Part shown: in pieces, positions 19,914 to 28,307 of the stretch
How the letters are laid out: each line of letters begins with the position of its first letter
Numbering within the stretch: the stretch's first letter is position 1
Assembly: GCA_965248355.1 (NCBI GenBank)
Contig: OZ252098.1
Location: 1,952,001-2,016,000, forward strand
Source: Candidatus Latescibacterota bacterium
GTDB taxonomy: Bacteria; Latescibacterota; UBA2968; UBA8231
Direction: 5' to 3'
Length of the DNA stretch: 64,000 bases
Notes under the pieces: model-generated
What the model was told of the DNA's origin: nothing
Database searches by the model: none
What the model saw: only the letters and a program-made list of their open reading frames with translations
Made by a program: the position numbers and the translations under genes

Positions 19914-21146
19914 ATGGCTGAGTCGCAACGCTTCCGCGCTCCCAGTGACGGCCTCGACCTGCAGGGCCTCTGGCGCGAGACCGTCAACTACACCGTCCGC
20001 GGGCTTCTCATCGGTTTCGTGGCGGTGACGGGGGCTCTGCTGTACCTGGTGCTGAGGGTCGAGGAGAGGGCGGCTCCGGAGCCGGCGGTGACCCGGCTCA
20101 TCATCCGCAAGCCCAGATCGACCAAGTCCTTCACCCTCAAGCGGCAGCGCCTCCGCCCGCGGGCCCTGACCAAGCAGGTCACGGCCCTGACCCCCCGGCT
20201 CTCCCTGCCCTCGGCCCGCCGGCTGGCCGGACCCTCCGTCTTCGGTACGGTCCAGAGCTTCGATTACGCGCCGGACACGGACGTGCAGATCAACCTCCAG
20301 TCCGGCCCCATCGAGTTGTCCGCCGCCACCATCCGGGGCACGAAGGAGCCGGGCAAGCGCATCGCCATGCGCGAAGAGCTGATCGACCTGAACGCCCTGG
20401 ACACCGGGAAGTACAAGGGGCTCATCATCCAGGATCCGACGGACCGGCGCAATGTCAAGGGGTTCGTCTATCTGGGTACGGCCTGGGCCAACGATCTGGA
20501 GCCGACCTTCGACAGCGCCGCCCGCGCCATTCCCAACCTCGTGGACGCCCTCAACGCCCAGACGGGGATCACCGCCAAGGTGGACGCCCACCTCTTCCTC
20601 GACTCCCAGGAGCTCTTCCGCACGCCCTTCGTGTACGTCACGGCCGAGGAGGCTTTCGAGCTGACGGAGCGGGAGCTGCGTAACCTGGGAGAGTACCTGA
20701 GGCGGGGGGGATTCATATTCGTCGACAACGCCACGCCTCTGACCGAGTTCAGCCAGGGAGAGGCCTCCCTGCGCCGGATCTTCCGGGACGCCCTCGGAGC
20801 CGAGGGCCAGTTGCGGCCCATCTCCAACAACCACCCCATCTACCACACCTTCTACGACTTCGACGGCCCTCCGGTGGGCACGGAGATGGAGAACCCCACC
20901 TTCACCCAGCAGCGGGAACGGGACTACCTCGTCTTCGCCCAGCAGACCTACTATCTCGAAGGCGTATTCCTGGGGGACCGGCTGGTGGGCGTTTACTCGG
21001 ACAAGGGGTACGTCCACATGTGGGCGCGAAACTTCGGCAACGAGCCACAGTTGAGGTTCGGGATCAACGCCGTCGTCTTCGCCCTGACCCAGGAGGGCTC
21101 CATCGCGCAGCAACAGATCGATTTCTTCAGCCAGCGCACCCAGTGA
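19914..21146 (+). CDS. Membrane-anchored DUF4159 domain protein
   Basis: N-terminal TM helix, basic linker, then AIPNLVDALNAQTGI, PFVYVT, LGEYLRRGGFIFVDN, HPIYHTFYDF, RFGINAVVFALT. Confidence 0.75.
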   Translation: MAESQRFRAPSDGLDLQGLWRETVNYTVRGLLIGFVAVTGALLYLVLRVEERAAPEPAVTRLIIRKPRSTKSFTLKRQRLRPRALTKQVTALTPRLSLPSARRLAGPSVFGTVQSFDYAPDTDVQINLQSGPIELSAATIRGTKEPGKRIAMREELIDLNALDTGKYKGLIIQDPTDRRNVKGFVYLGTAWANDLEPTFDSAARAIPNLVDALNAQTGITAKVDAHLFLDSQELFRTPFVYVTAEEAFELTERELRNLGEYLRRGGFIFVDNATPLTEFSQGEASLRRIFRDALGAEGQLRPISNNHPIYHTFYDFDGPPVGTEMENPTFTQQRERDYLVFAQQTYYLEGVFLGDRLVGVYSDKGYVHMWARNFGNEPQLRFGINAVVFALTQEGSIAQQQIDFFSQRTQ

Positions 21147-21160
21147 GAGAGAGGGTGGCC

Positions 21161-21937
21161 ATGCGTTCAGTCATTCCATCGCTGCTGATCCTCAGTGGCT
21201 GCAGCCATTTTCAACCGGAGGCGATCCTCTACTCGAACGAGCTGGTCCCCAGTTCCTACCAGGCCAGCGAGGATCGGTACACCGTCGACGAGGACGGTGC
21301 CGTCACCTACGTTCTGGAGGGACTCCGCGTCCGGGTGGAGCCCATGGAGGACGACGAGCTCAGCGCGATCTTCCCCGAGGAGTCGACGCGCGGCCAGTTC
21401 TCCACCAATCCCTATACATACGGAGACTGGATCGATCCGCTTGTCGGGCACACGCCCAAGCGCTTTACCGTCTTCCGCGTCACGATCATCAACGACATCT
21501 ACGCCAAGGTGCTGCTCGATCCGATCAAGGCCATGCTGTACACCGATCAGGGAGAGGTTCTTCATGCCTACGGTCTGCCCTCGGTCTCTCCCCACAACAG
21601 CTTCGAGCGCTACTACCGGGCCATCCGGGGACAGAGCGGCAACGAGTTCTACCGCTTCGACCTGCGCATGGGGAACGTGCGCAGCACGGCCTATCTCGAG
21701 GATGTGAGGGTGTTCAAGGGCGAGAGCTACTCCGGCCTGCTCGCCTTCGACCCCCTGAACGAAGAGGTGGGGCAGGTCAGACTGACGCTGAGGGACTTCG
21801 TGACCAAGTTCGACGCTTCCGGTCAGCCCATGGAGACGGTGGACATCTCCATGGAGTTCGACCAGGAGATCGAGAGAAGAGTAGCGCCGCGAACAGCGGC
21901 GAGGCAGGTACCGCCGAGCGGTGACCAGGCTCCCTAG
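21161..21937 (+). CDS. Hypothetical lipoprotein
   Basis: GAGGG RBS; lipobox LSG-C; beta-rich C-half (FTVFRVTIIN...GESYSGLLAF) reminiscent of DUF4352-like Ig folds. Confidence 0.65.
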   Translation: MRSVIPSLLILSGCSHFQPEAILYSNELVPSSYQASEDRYTVDEDGAVTYVLEGLRVRVEPMEDDELSAIFPEESTRGQFSTNPYTYGDWIDPLVGHTPKRFTVFRVTIINDIYAKVLLDPIKAMLYTDQGEVLHAYGLPSVSPHNSFERYYRAIRGQSGNEFYRFDLRMGNVRSTAYLEDVRVFKGESYSGLLAFDPLNEEVGQVRLTLRDFVTKFDASGQPMETVDISMEFDQEIERRVAPRTAARQVPPSGDQAP

Positions 21938-22844
21938 ATGGATCCCGGCGATCGTCCTGGGCGCTGCCTTCGGGCCGGGCGGAGCCGGGGAGATCGTTCA
22001 CCCGCCGCCCCTGAGCATCGCCCTGCTCGACTTCGAGGATCTGGCGGGCTTTCAGGGCAGCTGGACCCTGGCCCGGGACATACCCGAGTTCCTGGGCCGA
22101 CACCTCGACGGAGAGGATGCCTTTGACGTCGTGCCCCCGCAGCGCGTGGTGGAAATCCAGGCGGACCCCCGCCTCTCGGGGCTGGAGGGCCGGGACCTGG
22201 CGGTGGCGGCCGGTCGTCTGCTGGACGCCGATATCGTCATCCGAGGGGTCGTGGAGACCTTCGGCATGCGTCGGGTCACCGCGGGAGATCCGAATCTGGC
22301 GGGATACAAGTCCTACCGTTCGCGCGTTCACATCGAGGATGTGGAGGTGATTCGCGTGGCCACGGAGCAGGTCCTGGGAACTGTCGCGGCGAGCCGGGAC
22401 TCCACGGAGACCCCCCTCGGCCTGGATCTCTTCGGCCGCCCGCGCAGGCAGGATCGCGAGTTCAGGGAGCTCTTCCACCTCGACTTCGGCTCCGAGCGGT
22501 TCTACGAGTTGCCACTGGGCATGGCGGCCGACGCGGTCTTCGAGGAGTTGCGCAGAGAGATCGCCGCCGTGCTGATCGATCGTCCGGCCATCGATCTGAC
22601 GAGTGACAACGCCGTGGTCCTGGCCGTGGACGAGGACGAGGTCTTTCTCGGGATCGGGGTCGACGACAACGTCGAGTACGGAGACCTGCTGCCCCTCTAC
22701 CGGGATGGCCTTCGCGTGGCCCTGGTGAAGGTCAGCGAGGTGATCGGTCCCCACCTGAGCAAGGCGACGATCGTCGACGGCGACCAGGTGGAGACGGGAT
22801 CCAGGATCGGTCAGCGCCTCTCGAGGACCGGAGATGTGGAGTGA
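21921..22844 (+). CDS. Exported CsgG/TolB-N-like protein with a FlgT-C-like C-terminal domain
   Basis: Signal peptide; SIALLDFED...FDVV...AAGRLLDADIVIRGVV; C-terminal VLAVDEDEVFLGIGVDDNVEYGD...VKVSEV...SKATIV. Confidence 0.55.
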   Translation: MTRLPRWIPAIVLGAAFGPGGAGEIVHPPPLSIALLDFEDLAGFQGSWTLARDIPEFLGRHLDGEDAFDVVPPQRVVEIQADPRLSGLEGRDLAVAAGRLLDADIVIRGVVETFGMRRVTAGDPNLAGYKSYRSRVHIEDVEVIRVATEQVLGTVAASRDSTETPLGLDLFGRPRRQDREFRELFHLDFGSERFYELPLGMAADAVFEELRREIAAVLIDRPAIDLTSDNAVVLAVDEDEVFLGIGVDDNVEYGDLLPLYRDGLRVALVKVSEVIGPHLSKATIVDGDQVETGSRIGQRLSRTGDVE

Positions 22845-22921
22845 GCACTGCCTTTGAAGTATCCAATTCCAGAATTCACGCGGTGAGCTGAGAGCTCCGA
22901 CAGCGAGAAGGAGACGGACAG

Positions 22922-23665
22922 ATGTGGGAGGTCATTCAGAGCGGTGGACCCCTGATGGTTCCACTGGCCGCTTGTGCCATCCTGGCCATCGGTTATTCCA
23001 TCGAGCGATTCTGGGTCTTCAGCCAGTTGCCCTCGCACGAGGACGCCCAGGAGAACCTGGAGCGCCTCGAGCACGCCCTGCGGGACGGCGGCGCGGCCCG
23101 GGTCGTGGCGGAGTGCAATGAAGGCAGAGGGTTGCTGAACTTCGTGTTCGCCTCGCTCCTGCGACGCTACGACACTCTCAGGATCGAGCAGCAGGAGTTC
23201 AAGGAGACCAACGAGGAGATCATGCGTCTGGCCCAGGCCGGCGGCGGCGGCGAGGTCAGCCGGTTCATGGTGCTGCAGCGAGAGCTGACCGACCTCAAGG
23301 ACGAGCTGGTCATCGAGACCGAGGAGTCCGCCCGGTCCTATCTCGGCAAGCACCTGCCGATCCTGAACACGATCGGAAACATCACCCCCCTCATCGGGCT
23401 CCTCGGAACGATTCTGGGCATGATCATCGCCTTCGAGTCGATCGCCGTGGCCGGCGCCGGTGATCCCAGGGTCGTGGCCGGAGGCATCTCTCAAGCACTG
23501 GTCACGACGGCATCGGGCCTGATCATCGCCATTCCGACCATCGTTGCCTACCGCTACCTGGCCCGCCGAGCCGACAAGATGCTCGAGCACGTGGAGATGT
23601 ACGGCCACGCCTTCGCCAATGCCCTGATCACCACGGGCCAGCGACAGGAGGCCGCCGGACAGTAG
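22922..23665 (+). CDS. exbB: MotA/TolQ/ExbB proton channel protein
   Basis: GGPLMVPL...SIERF; TPLIGLLGTILGMI; GGISQALVTTASGLIIAIP. Confidence 0.9.
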   Translation: MWEVIQSGGPLMVPLAACAILAIGYSIERFWVFSQLPSHEDAQENLERLEHALRDGGAARVVAECNEGRGLLNFVFASLLRRYDTLRIEQQEFKETNEEIMRLAQAGGGGEVSRFMVLQRELTDLKDELVIETEESARSYLGKHLPILNTIGNITPLIGLLGTILGMIIAFESIAVAGAGDPRVVAGGISQALVTTASGLIIAIPTIVAYRYLARRADKMLEHVEMYGHAFANALITTGQRQEAAGQ

Positions 23666-23680
23666 GTCGGCGCGCAGACC

Positions 23681-24094
23681 GTGGGCAGACACCGCACACG
23701 ACCGGGCTTCGCCGACGAAGGAGGGCCGGATCTCGCTCCTCTCATCGACTGCGTCTTCCTGCTGCTCATCTTCTTCATGGTGACCACCGTCTTTCTGCAC
23801 ACCAAGGGCCTCGAGGTGGACATGCCGGCCAAGAGCGAGGCCACCGAGGAGCAGAAGAAGGACATCAACATCGTTCTCGACCGCGACGGCAAGATCCAGA
23901 TCAAGGGAGAGGAAGTAGCTCCCGACCAGTTGGCCGCCCGTCTCGTGACCGCCATGGAAGAGGCCAACAACGAGAACATCATCATCCAGGGGGATGGCGA
24001 CTGCCCCCAGGAGCACGTGGTCTACGTCGTGGATACGGCCAAGAGCGTGGGAGTGGTGGGAATCGCCTTCGCCAGAGAGCAGGAGGAGGAGTAG
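23681..24094 (+). CDS. exbD: ExbD/TolR family protein
   Basis: LAPLIDCVFLLLIFFMVTT TM segment with the conserved Asp; periplasmic IIIQGD domain. Confidence 0.88.
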   Translation: MGRHRTRPGFADEGGPDLAPLIDCVFLLLIFFMVTTVFLHTKGLEVDMPAKSEATEEQKKDINIVLDRDGKIQIKGEEVAPDQLAARLVTAMEEANNENIIIQGDGDCPQEHVVYVVDTAKSVGVVGIAFAREQEEE

Positions 24095-24097
24095 AAA

Positions 24098-24508
24098 TTG
24101 CCGAGACACCGGTCCGTGTACGAGGAAGATTCCATGGACATGACGCCGCTCATCGACTGCGTCTTCCTCCTGCTGGTGTTCTTCATGGTCACCACGGTGT
24201 TCAAACAGCCCTACAGCCTGCAGGTCGAACTTCCCGAGGCGACGCAGGCGCAGGTGGTGGAAGAGAAGAAGCTGGTGGCGTCGATCACCGCGGACGGCCG
24301 CATGGAGATCAACCGCCATCCCGTGACCTTGGAGAACCTCGAGCAGGTGCTTCAGCGCGAGAAGGTGGGGACCCGCAGCCTGACCCTGGTGGTGCGGACC
24401 GACAAGAAGACCAAGCATCGGCACCTGCTGGACCTGTTCGAGGTGGCCAAGCGCGTCGGGATCGAAAAGATCCCCTTGGCGACGGACAACTTCAAAGAGG
24501 ACGACTGA
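24098..24508 (+). CDS. exbD: ExbD/TolR family protein (second copy)
   Basis: GGAGG RBS, TTG start; MTPLIDCVFLLLVFFMVTT; VELPEA; LVVRTDK. Confidence 0.88.
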   Translation: MPRHRSVYEEDSMDMTPLIDCVFLLLVFFMVTTVFKQPYSLQVELPEATQAQVVEEKKLVASITADGRMEINRHPVTLENLEQVLQREKVGTRSLTLVVRTDKKTKHRHLLDLFEVAKRVGIEKIPLATDNFKEDD

Positions 24509-24690
24509 CCTCCCGCACCGGCGCCACGGCCGCTCCGCGTCCGACCCCAGGGGTCGTTGCGTCCACCCAGGATCTTTCGCGCTCCCCGTCTCTACACCGA
24601 CGGAACCGTGGAGCTCACGGCGCGGGACCGAGCCCCGGCGCGGGCGCCTCCCGGCCCGGGAGCTCACCGGACCCCTGAAGGAGGGAGGAC

Positions 24691-25863
24691 GTGGCAAGCC
24701 GCGCCGAGTTCTACACCTATCCCTGGGACTTGTCGGACGAAGGAGTGGCGGCGGCCTCCGGCGTGATCGCCACCGCCCTCGGACCCGGGGGCGGGGTGCT
24801 GCTCGCCCTCAGCTACCACGTCTCCACCTACTTCTCTCCGCACAACCCGGCGCGAAAGATCTACTTCGGGGAGGAAGGCGCCGTGTACTTCCAGCCCGAC
24901 GAGGGCCTCTATGGCCGCACGCGGATCCGTCCCCTCGTCTCCCATCTGGTCACCGGCGCCGACTACATGCCCGGACTGGTTCGCGGCCTCGGCGACAACG
25001 GCCTGGAGTTCTCGGCCTGGGCCGTCTTCTTCTACAACCATCACATCTCCCAGGCCTGTCCCGACGTGGCCAAGCGCGACTGCTTCGGCCAGCCCCACCT
25101 CGGCCAGCTGTGCCCCGCCCATCCCGATGTGCGCGCCTATGCCCTGGCCCTGAGCCGTGACATGGCCGGACTCGGTCCGCGGCATGTGCAGCTCGAGTCC
25201 CTCGGCTACCTGGGGTTCGGCTACGGCTTCCGCAACCCGAAGGTGGCCGTGGCCATCGATCCGTTTCACCAGTTCCTGATGGGGCTGTGCTTCTGCCGGC
25301 ACTGCCTCGAGGCGGCCGGCCGCGCCGGCCTCGATGGTGAGGAGCTGCGGGCGGAGGTGGCCGCGGATCTCGACCGGGAGCTGCGCCTGGAGCCCGCGGC
25401 CGGGCAGGGGAACCGGGACGAATGGATCGAGGGCGCCTTCGGCGGGCGGCTCGAGAGCTACCTGGAGGCGCGCGTGGCCACGGCCACCTCCATCTTCGAG
25501 GAGGTGGCCGCCACCGTGCGCGAGGGCGGCGCCGGCGTCACCTTCTTCGGTTCCCTGGACCGGGCCACCACCGGCCTCGACCGGCGCCAGGTGCTGGCCT
25601 GCGTCGACGCCGTCTACACCTCGGTGTCCGGCCCCCCGGAGGAAGCCGCGCAACGCGTGGAGCAACTGCGAAGCGAGCTGACGCCGGACGTCCGCCTGGT
25701 CTCCATCGTGCGGCCCGGAGGCTTCGAAGGCGGGTCCTTCACCCGGCGCCTGATCCAGTCCCAGGCCGAGGCCGGGGTGGACGGCTTCGCCTTCTACACC
25801 TACGGCCAGTTGCGCGAGCATCACCTCGCCTGGATCCGGGGAGCCCGTGGCGCCTGGTCCTGA
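24691..25863 (+). CDS. Putative glycoside hydrolase-like TIM-barrel protein
   Basis: GGAGG RBS; YTYPWDL, SYH, LCPAHPDVRAY, QLES, CFCRHC and GVDGFAFYTY resemble GHL10/DUF187-like barrels; no signal peptide. Confidence 0.5.
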   Translation: MASRAEFYTYPWDLSDEGVAAASGVIATALGPGGGVLLALSYHVSTYFSPHNPARKIYFGEEGAVYFQPDEGLYGRTRIRPLVSHLVTGADYMPGLVRGLGDNGLEFSAWAVFFYNHHISQACPDVAKRDCFGQPHLGQLCPAHPDVRAYALALSRDMAGLGPRHVQLESLGYLGFGYGFRNPKVAVAIDPFHQFLMGLCFCRHCLEAAGRAGLDGEELRAEVAADLDRELRLEPAAGQGNRDEWIEGAFGGRLESYLEARVATATSIFEEVAATVREGGAGVTFFGSLDRATTGLDRRQVLACVDAVYTSVSGPPEEAAQRVEQLRSELTPDVRLVSIVRPGGFEGGSFTRRLIQSQAEAGVDGFAFYTYGQLREHHLAWIRGARGAWS

Positions 25864-27259
25864 CCGGATCCGGCTGGGGCGGCGGGCGGCGGCGTGGCTC
25901 CTGTGCGCCGGGGCCCTGTCCGCGCAGGAGGATCGGGACCGATTCCGCGCCGGTGACGCCTTCACCCTTGGCGATCCTGCCCTGCTTCAGGCCCCCGATT
26001 CAGTGGCCGCCGCCGATTTCGGATACGTGCCGGCCTCCGCGGTGCCCCGCGTCGATGCCCTCCTCTACCCGATCCCGCTTCAGGAGGAGGGCAACCTCTG
26101 GTCCCAGTGGGGGGACGGCCTGATCGCCAGCGACGGGCGGTTCTGGTCCGCCATCGGCGACCACGGCGGCCCCGGAGGCCGCAGCTACGTCTACGCCTAC
26201 GACGCGGACCATCGCCGCCTCGAGCTGGTCTTCGACCAGCAGCAGCTCCTCGGGCAGCGGGAGGGGGACTGGGGCTTCGGCAAGATCCACTGCCGCCTCG
26301 AGGAGCTCGAGGACGGGCGCATCTGCTGGGGTACCTACTGGGGCAACGCGCCTCCCGAGGACTGGGAACAGGAGAACGAGCTCTACGGCATGGTGGTCGC
26401 CGCTGATCCCGTCTCCCGCGGGCTCGATGTCCTCGGCGTCCTCAGACGGCCGTACGTGATCCCCGCCGCCATGGCCGACACCCGGCGGGGCCTGTTCTAC
26501 GCCCTGCCCTGCGACCGGCGCTGGCAGGGACAGGGCTTCGCCGTCTTCGACCTGCGGCAGGGGCGCACCGTCTACTACGGGCACGTCGACACCGAGGCCA
26601 GCCGGCGCTTCGTTCTGGTGGACGAGACGGGCGGCGGCGCCTGGTTCTCGGTGCGACCCGACAGCTCCCGGCAGGTGTGGCTGGCCCGCTACGACGCGGC
26701 CACCAACACCGTGGAGGAGCGGGCCCTGCCCCTGCCGGCGGGCTACGGCCCCATGCGCGCCGGCACCGAGAAGCGGGACGGCCTCGGCCTGTTCTACGGC
26801 ATCTGCGATGGCCTTGTCGTCCGCATCGATCCCGACGGCCGAAGGGCCGAGCCACTGGGCGCGATCTGGCCGGAGCGACCTGGCGTCCAGGAAGAAGACC
26901 CCGCCCCGGGCGCCTACACGACCGCCCTCGAGATCAGTCCAGGGGGACGCTACCTGTACGCCGTGCCGTGGGCCCACGGCCAGGCCTGGAGCCACGGGGC
27001 ACCGGTGGTGCAGTTCGATCTGAAGACGGGCGCCCGCAAGGTCCTGGCCTTCCTCGGACCCCTCTTCGAGAGCCGCTTCGGCTACCGCGTGGGCGGCTCC
27101 TACTGCCTGGAGTTGAGCGCCGACGGAGAGCGCCTGTTCTTCGGCATCAACGGTCAGCTGCTGGAGCGGGGCGTCAAGCCGCCCGAAAGCGCCTTCGGCC
27201 ATCCCGCCTGCATGGTCCTTCACATCCCCGACCAGGAGCGCCTCCATGACTCACCGTGA
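25847..27259 (+). CDS. Secreted beta-propeller hypothetical protein
   Basis: Signal-like N-terminus; repeated beta-blade patterns (SDGRFWSAIGDH, GKIH, ISPGGRYLYAVP, LSADGERLFF). Start uncertain. Confidence 0.55.
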   Translation: MAPGPDRIRLGRRAAAWLLCAGALSAQEDRDRFRAGDAFTLGDPALLQAPDSVAAADFGYVPASAVPRVDALLYPIPLQEEGNLWSQWGDGLIASDGRFWSAIGDHGGPGGRSYVYAYDADHRRLELVFDQQQLLGQREGDWGFGKIHCRLEELEDGRICWGTYWGNAPPEDWEQENELYGMVVAADPVSRGLDVLGVLRRPYVIPAAMADTRRGLFYALPCDRRWQGQGFAVFDLRQGRTVYYGHVDTEASRRFVLVDETGGGAWFSVRPDSSRQVWLARYDAATNTVEERALPLPAGYGPMRAGTEKRDGLGLFYGICDGLVVRIDPDGRRAEPLGAIWPERPGVQEEDPAPGAYTTALEISPGGRYLYAVPWAHGQAWSHGAPVVQFDLKTGARKVLAFLGPLFESRFGYRVGGSYCLELSADGERLFFGINGQLLERGVKPPESAFGHPACMVLHIPDQERLHDSP

Positions 27260-28055
27260 GATAATGCTCGTCACCTCCCTGGTGCTGGCCTGCGGCCCCC
27301 TGCCCCTCCGGGGAGAGCCGATCCCCGGGCACGTGCCGCGCGCCGACGTGCAGCGCACGGCCGGTCCCATCGTCGTGGACGGCGTCCTCGACGAACCCTC
27401 CTGGGCCGCGGCGCCCATGATCGACGGCTTCGTCTTTCCCTGGTACGTCTCCGGCCCCAAGGACCGCACCGAGGCCCACCTGCTGTGGGATGACCACGCC
27501 CTCTACGTCGCCTTCCGCGCCTTCGACCCCCACATCTCCGCCGTCTACACGGAACGGGACGACCCGGTCTCCAAGGACGACTGCGTCGAAGTCTTCATCG
27601 CTCCCGACACGGCCGACGTGAGCATCTACTACAACTTCGAGTTCAATGCCCTGGGCACGATCCTCGACCGCTCCCCCAGCCAGGGCCGCGGCTCCGCCTG
27701 GAACGCCGACGGCCTGCGCGTCGCCATCGAGATCCGCGGCACCCTGAACGAGGAGGACGACGTGGACAGCCTGTGGACCACGGAGATCGCCATCCCCTTC
27801 GACACCTTCGCCGGATTCGCCCCCCGTATTCCCCCGGGGGACGGCGACCTGTGGCGCCTCAACCTCTACCGCACCGGCGGCGCCGTGAACCTCCAGTACA
27901 TCACCTGGTCGGACACGGGGACCGAGAAGCCGCAGTTCCACGCCCCCGAAGGCTTCGGCGTCGTTCGGTTCTCGGCGGCCCCGGTACCGGCGGCTCCCGC
28001 CCCCCCGGCGGGCGAGGTCACGCCCCGGACGCCCCAACCTCCCGGAGCGCCGTGA
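27246..28055 (+). CDS. Secreted CBM9-like protein (paralog of 1686-2507)
   Basis: VDGVLDEPSW, DDCVEVF, FEFNALG, WTTEIAIPF, GDLWRLNLYR, FHAPEGFG; Pro-rich tail. Confidence 0.78.
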   Translation: MTHREIMLVTSLVLACGPLPLRGEPIPGHVPRADVQRTAGPIVVDGVLDEPSWAAAPMIDGFVFPWYVSGPKDRTEAHLLWDDHALYVAFRAFDPHISAVYTERDDPVSKDDCVEVFIAPDTADVSIYYNFEFNALGTILDRSPSQGRGSAWNADGLRVAIEIRGTLNEEDDVDSLWTTEIAIPFDTFAGFAPRIPPGDGDLWRLNLYRTGGAVNLQYITWSDTGTEKPQFHAPEGFGVVRFSAAPVPAAPAPPAGEVTPRTPQPPGAP

Positions 28056-28307
28056 TGGGAGGGCCCATGACAGGCGTGCAACCAGCCGATCGGATGGTTT
28101 GTCCGCGCTACGGGTCAAGGTGATATTACCACGGTTGCACCCCCGCGAATCCCCTGATCCGCGAACATCCCCCCTGCGGCGACCTCGGTGACGAAGGCGG
28201 AGAGCCGTCACAAGCAATCTGGGACCGCTCCGGAGGACGGCGCTGCCGGCTCGGCTCACCGCCCAGGCGATGTGCCTGCCGCCAGAGGCCTCGACGAGGC
28301 CTCGCGG

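Noticed and set aside
24509..24690. GC-rich intergenic gaps (also 32122-32282, 34145-34289, 60829-61005) as possible ncRNA or REP elements
   Set aside because: Only short stems expected by chance at this GC content; no shared repeat or recognisable RNA motif.
28099..28130. Possible promoter TTGTCC...GATATT before wzx
   Set aside because: Weak match to consensus; cannot be supported from sequence alone.
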